Assembly: GCA_043228905.1 (NCBI GenBank)
Contig: JBHGNT010000017.1
Location: 18,290,001 to 18,354,000, forward strand
Length of the DNA: 64,000 nt
Direction: 5' to 3'
DNA from: Azolla caroliniana
Lineage: Eukaryota; Plantae; Polypodiophyta
The notes under the pieces: model-generated
The model's input: only the letters and a program-made list of their open reading frames with translations
Database searches by the model: none
What the model was told of the DNA's origin: nothing
Program-made: the position numbers and the translations under genes
Shown: positions 63,901-64,000 of the stretch, piece after piece
Layout: each line of letters begins with the position of its first letter
Numbering within the stretch: position 1 is the stretch's first letter

Positions 63901-64000
63901 ATAACCCTTCTACTCGTCCGAGTAACCGACCAAGATGCATTTCTCAGCCTTTTCGTCCAGCTTCCTCCTTTTCTCCTTCGGTATATGCACATACGCAATG
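60908..64000 (-). mobile_element. Ty1/copia element H (3' LTR 60908-61316; INT C-terminus, RT, RH), continuing beyond the window
   Basis: KCILVGY, MDVKNAFLQG, LYGLKQ, YVDD, SSTEAEY and ADIFTKPL motifs with frameshifts; PPT TTGAGGGGGAG at 61327-61317; LTR TG...CA. Confidence 0.92.

Overview
Land-plant nuclear DNA. The PLS-class PPR remnant, Tcn1-like chromoviruses and (GA)n tracts suggest a seed-free plant such as a fern (inference). The first ~15 kb is gene-dense: the last exon of a candidate plant KASH protein (+; TM segment then C-terminal LVPT), a 4-exon plastid EF-G gene (-, 778 aa) and a cobalamin-independent methionine synthase gene with 14 coding exons (-, 766 aa). From ~20 kb to the end is a nested LTR-retrotransposon cluster: Ty1/copia elements and solo LTRs, chromodomain-type Ty3/gypsy elements, and a second Ty3/gypsy family with a tRNA-Trp PBS and 4-bp TSDs, plus a PPR-E+ pseudogene. 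Most interesting signals: (1) all four chromovirus LTR copies carry an antisense tRNA-like A-box/B-box module at the U3 edge; (2) the same family has a tRNA-independent, Tf1-like self-priming PBS supported by a compensatory base change between subfamilies; (3) conserved -1 frameshift cassettes at gag-pol junctions; (4) a fungal-looking (Ylt1-like) gypsy family inserted at NCGT sites. All coordinates and alignments were read by eye; no searches were run.
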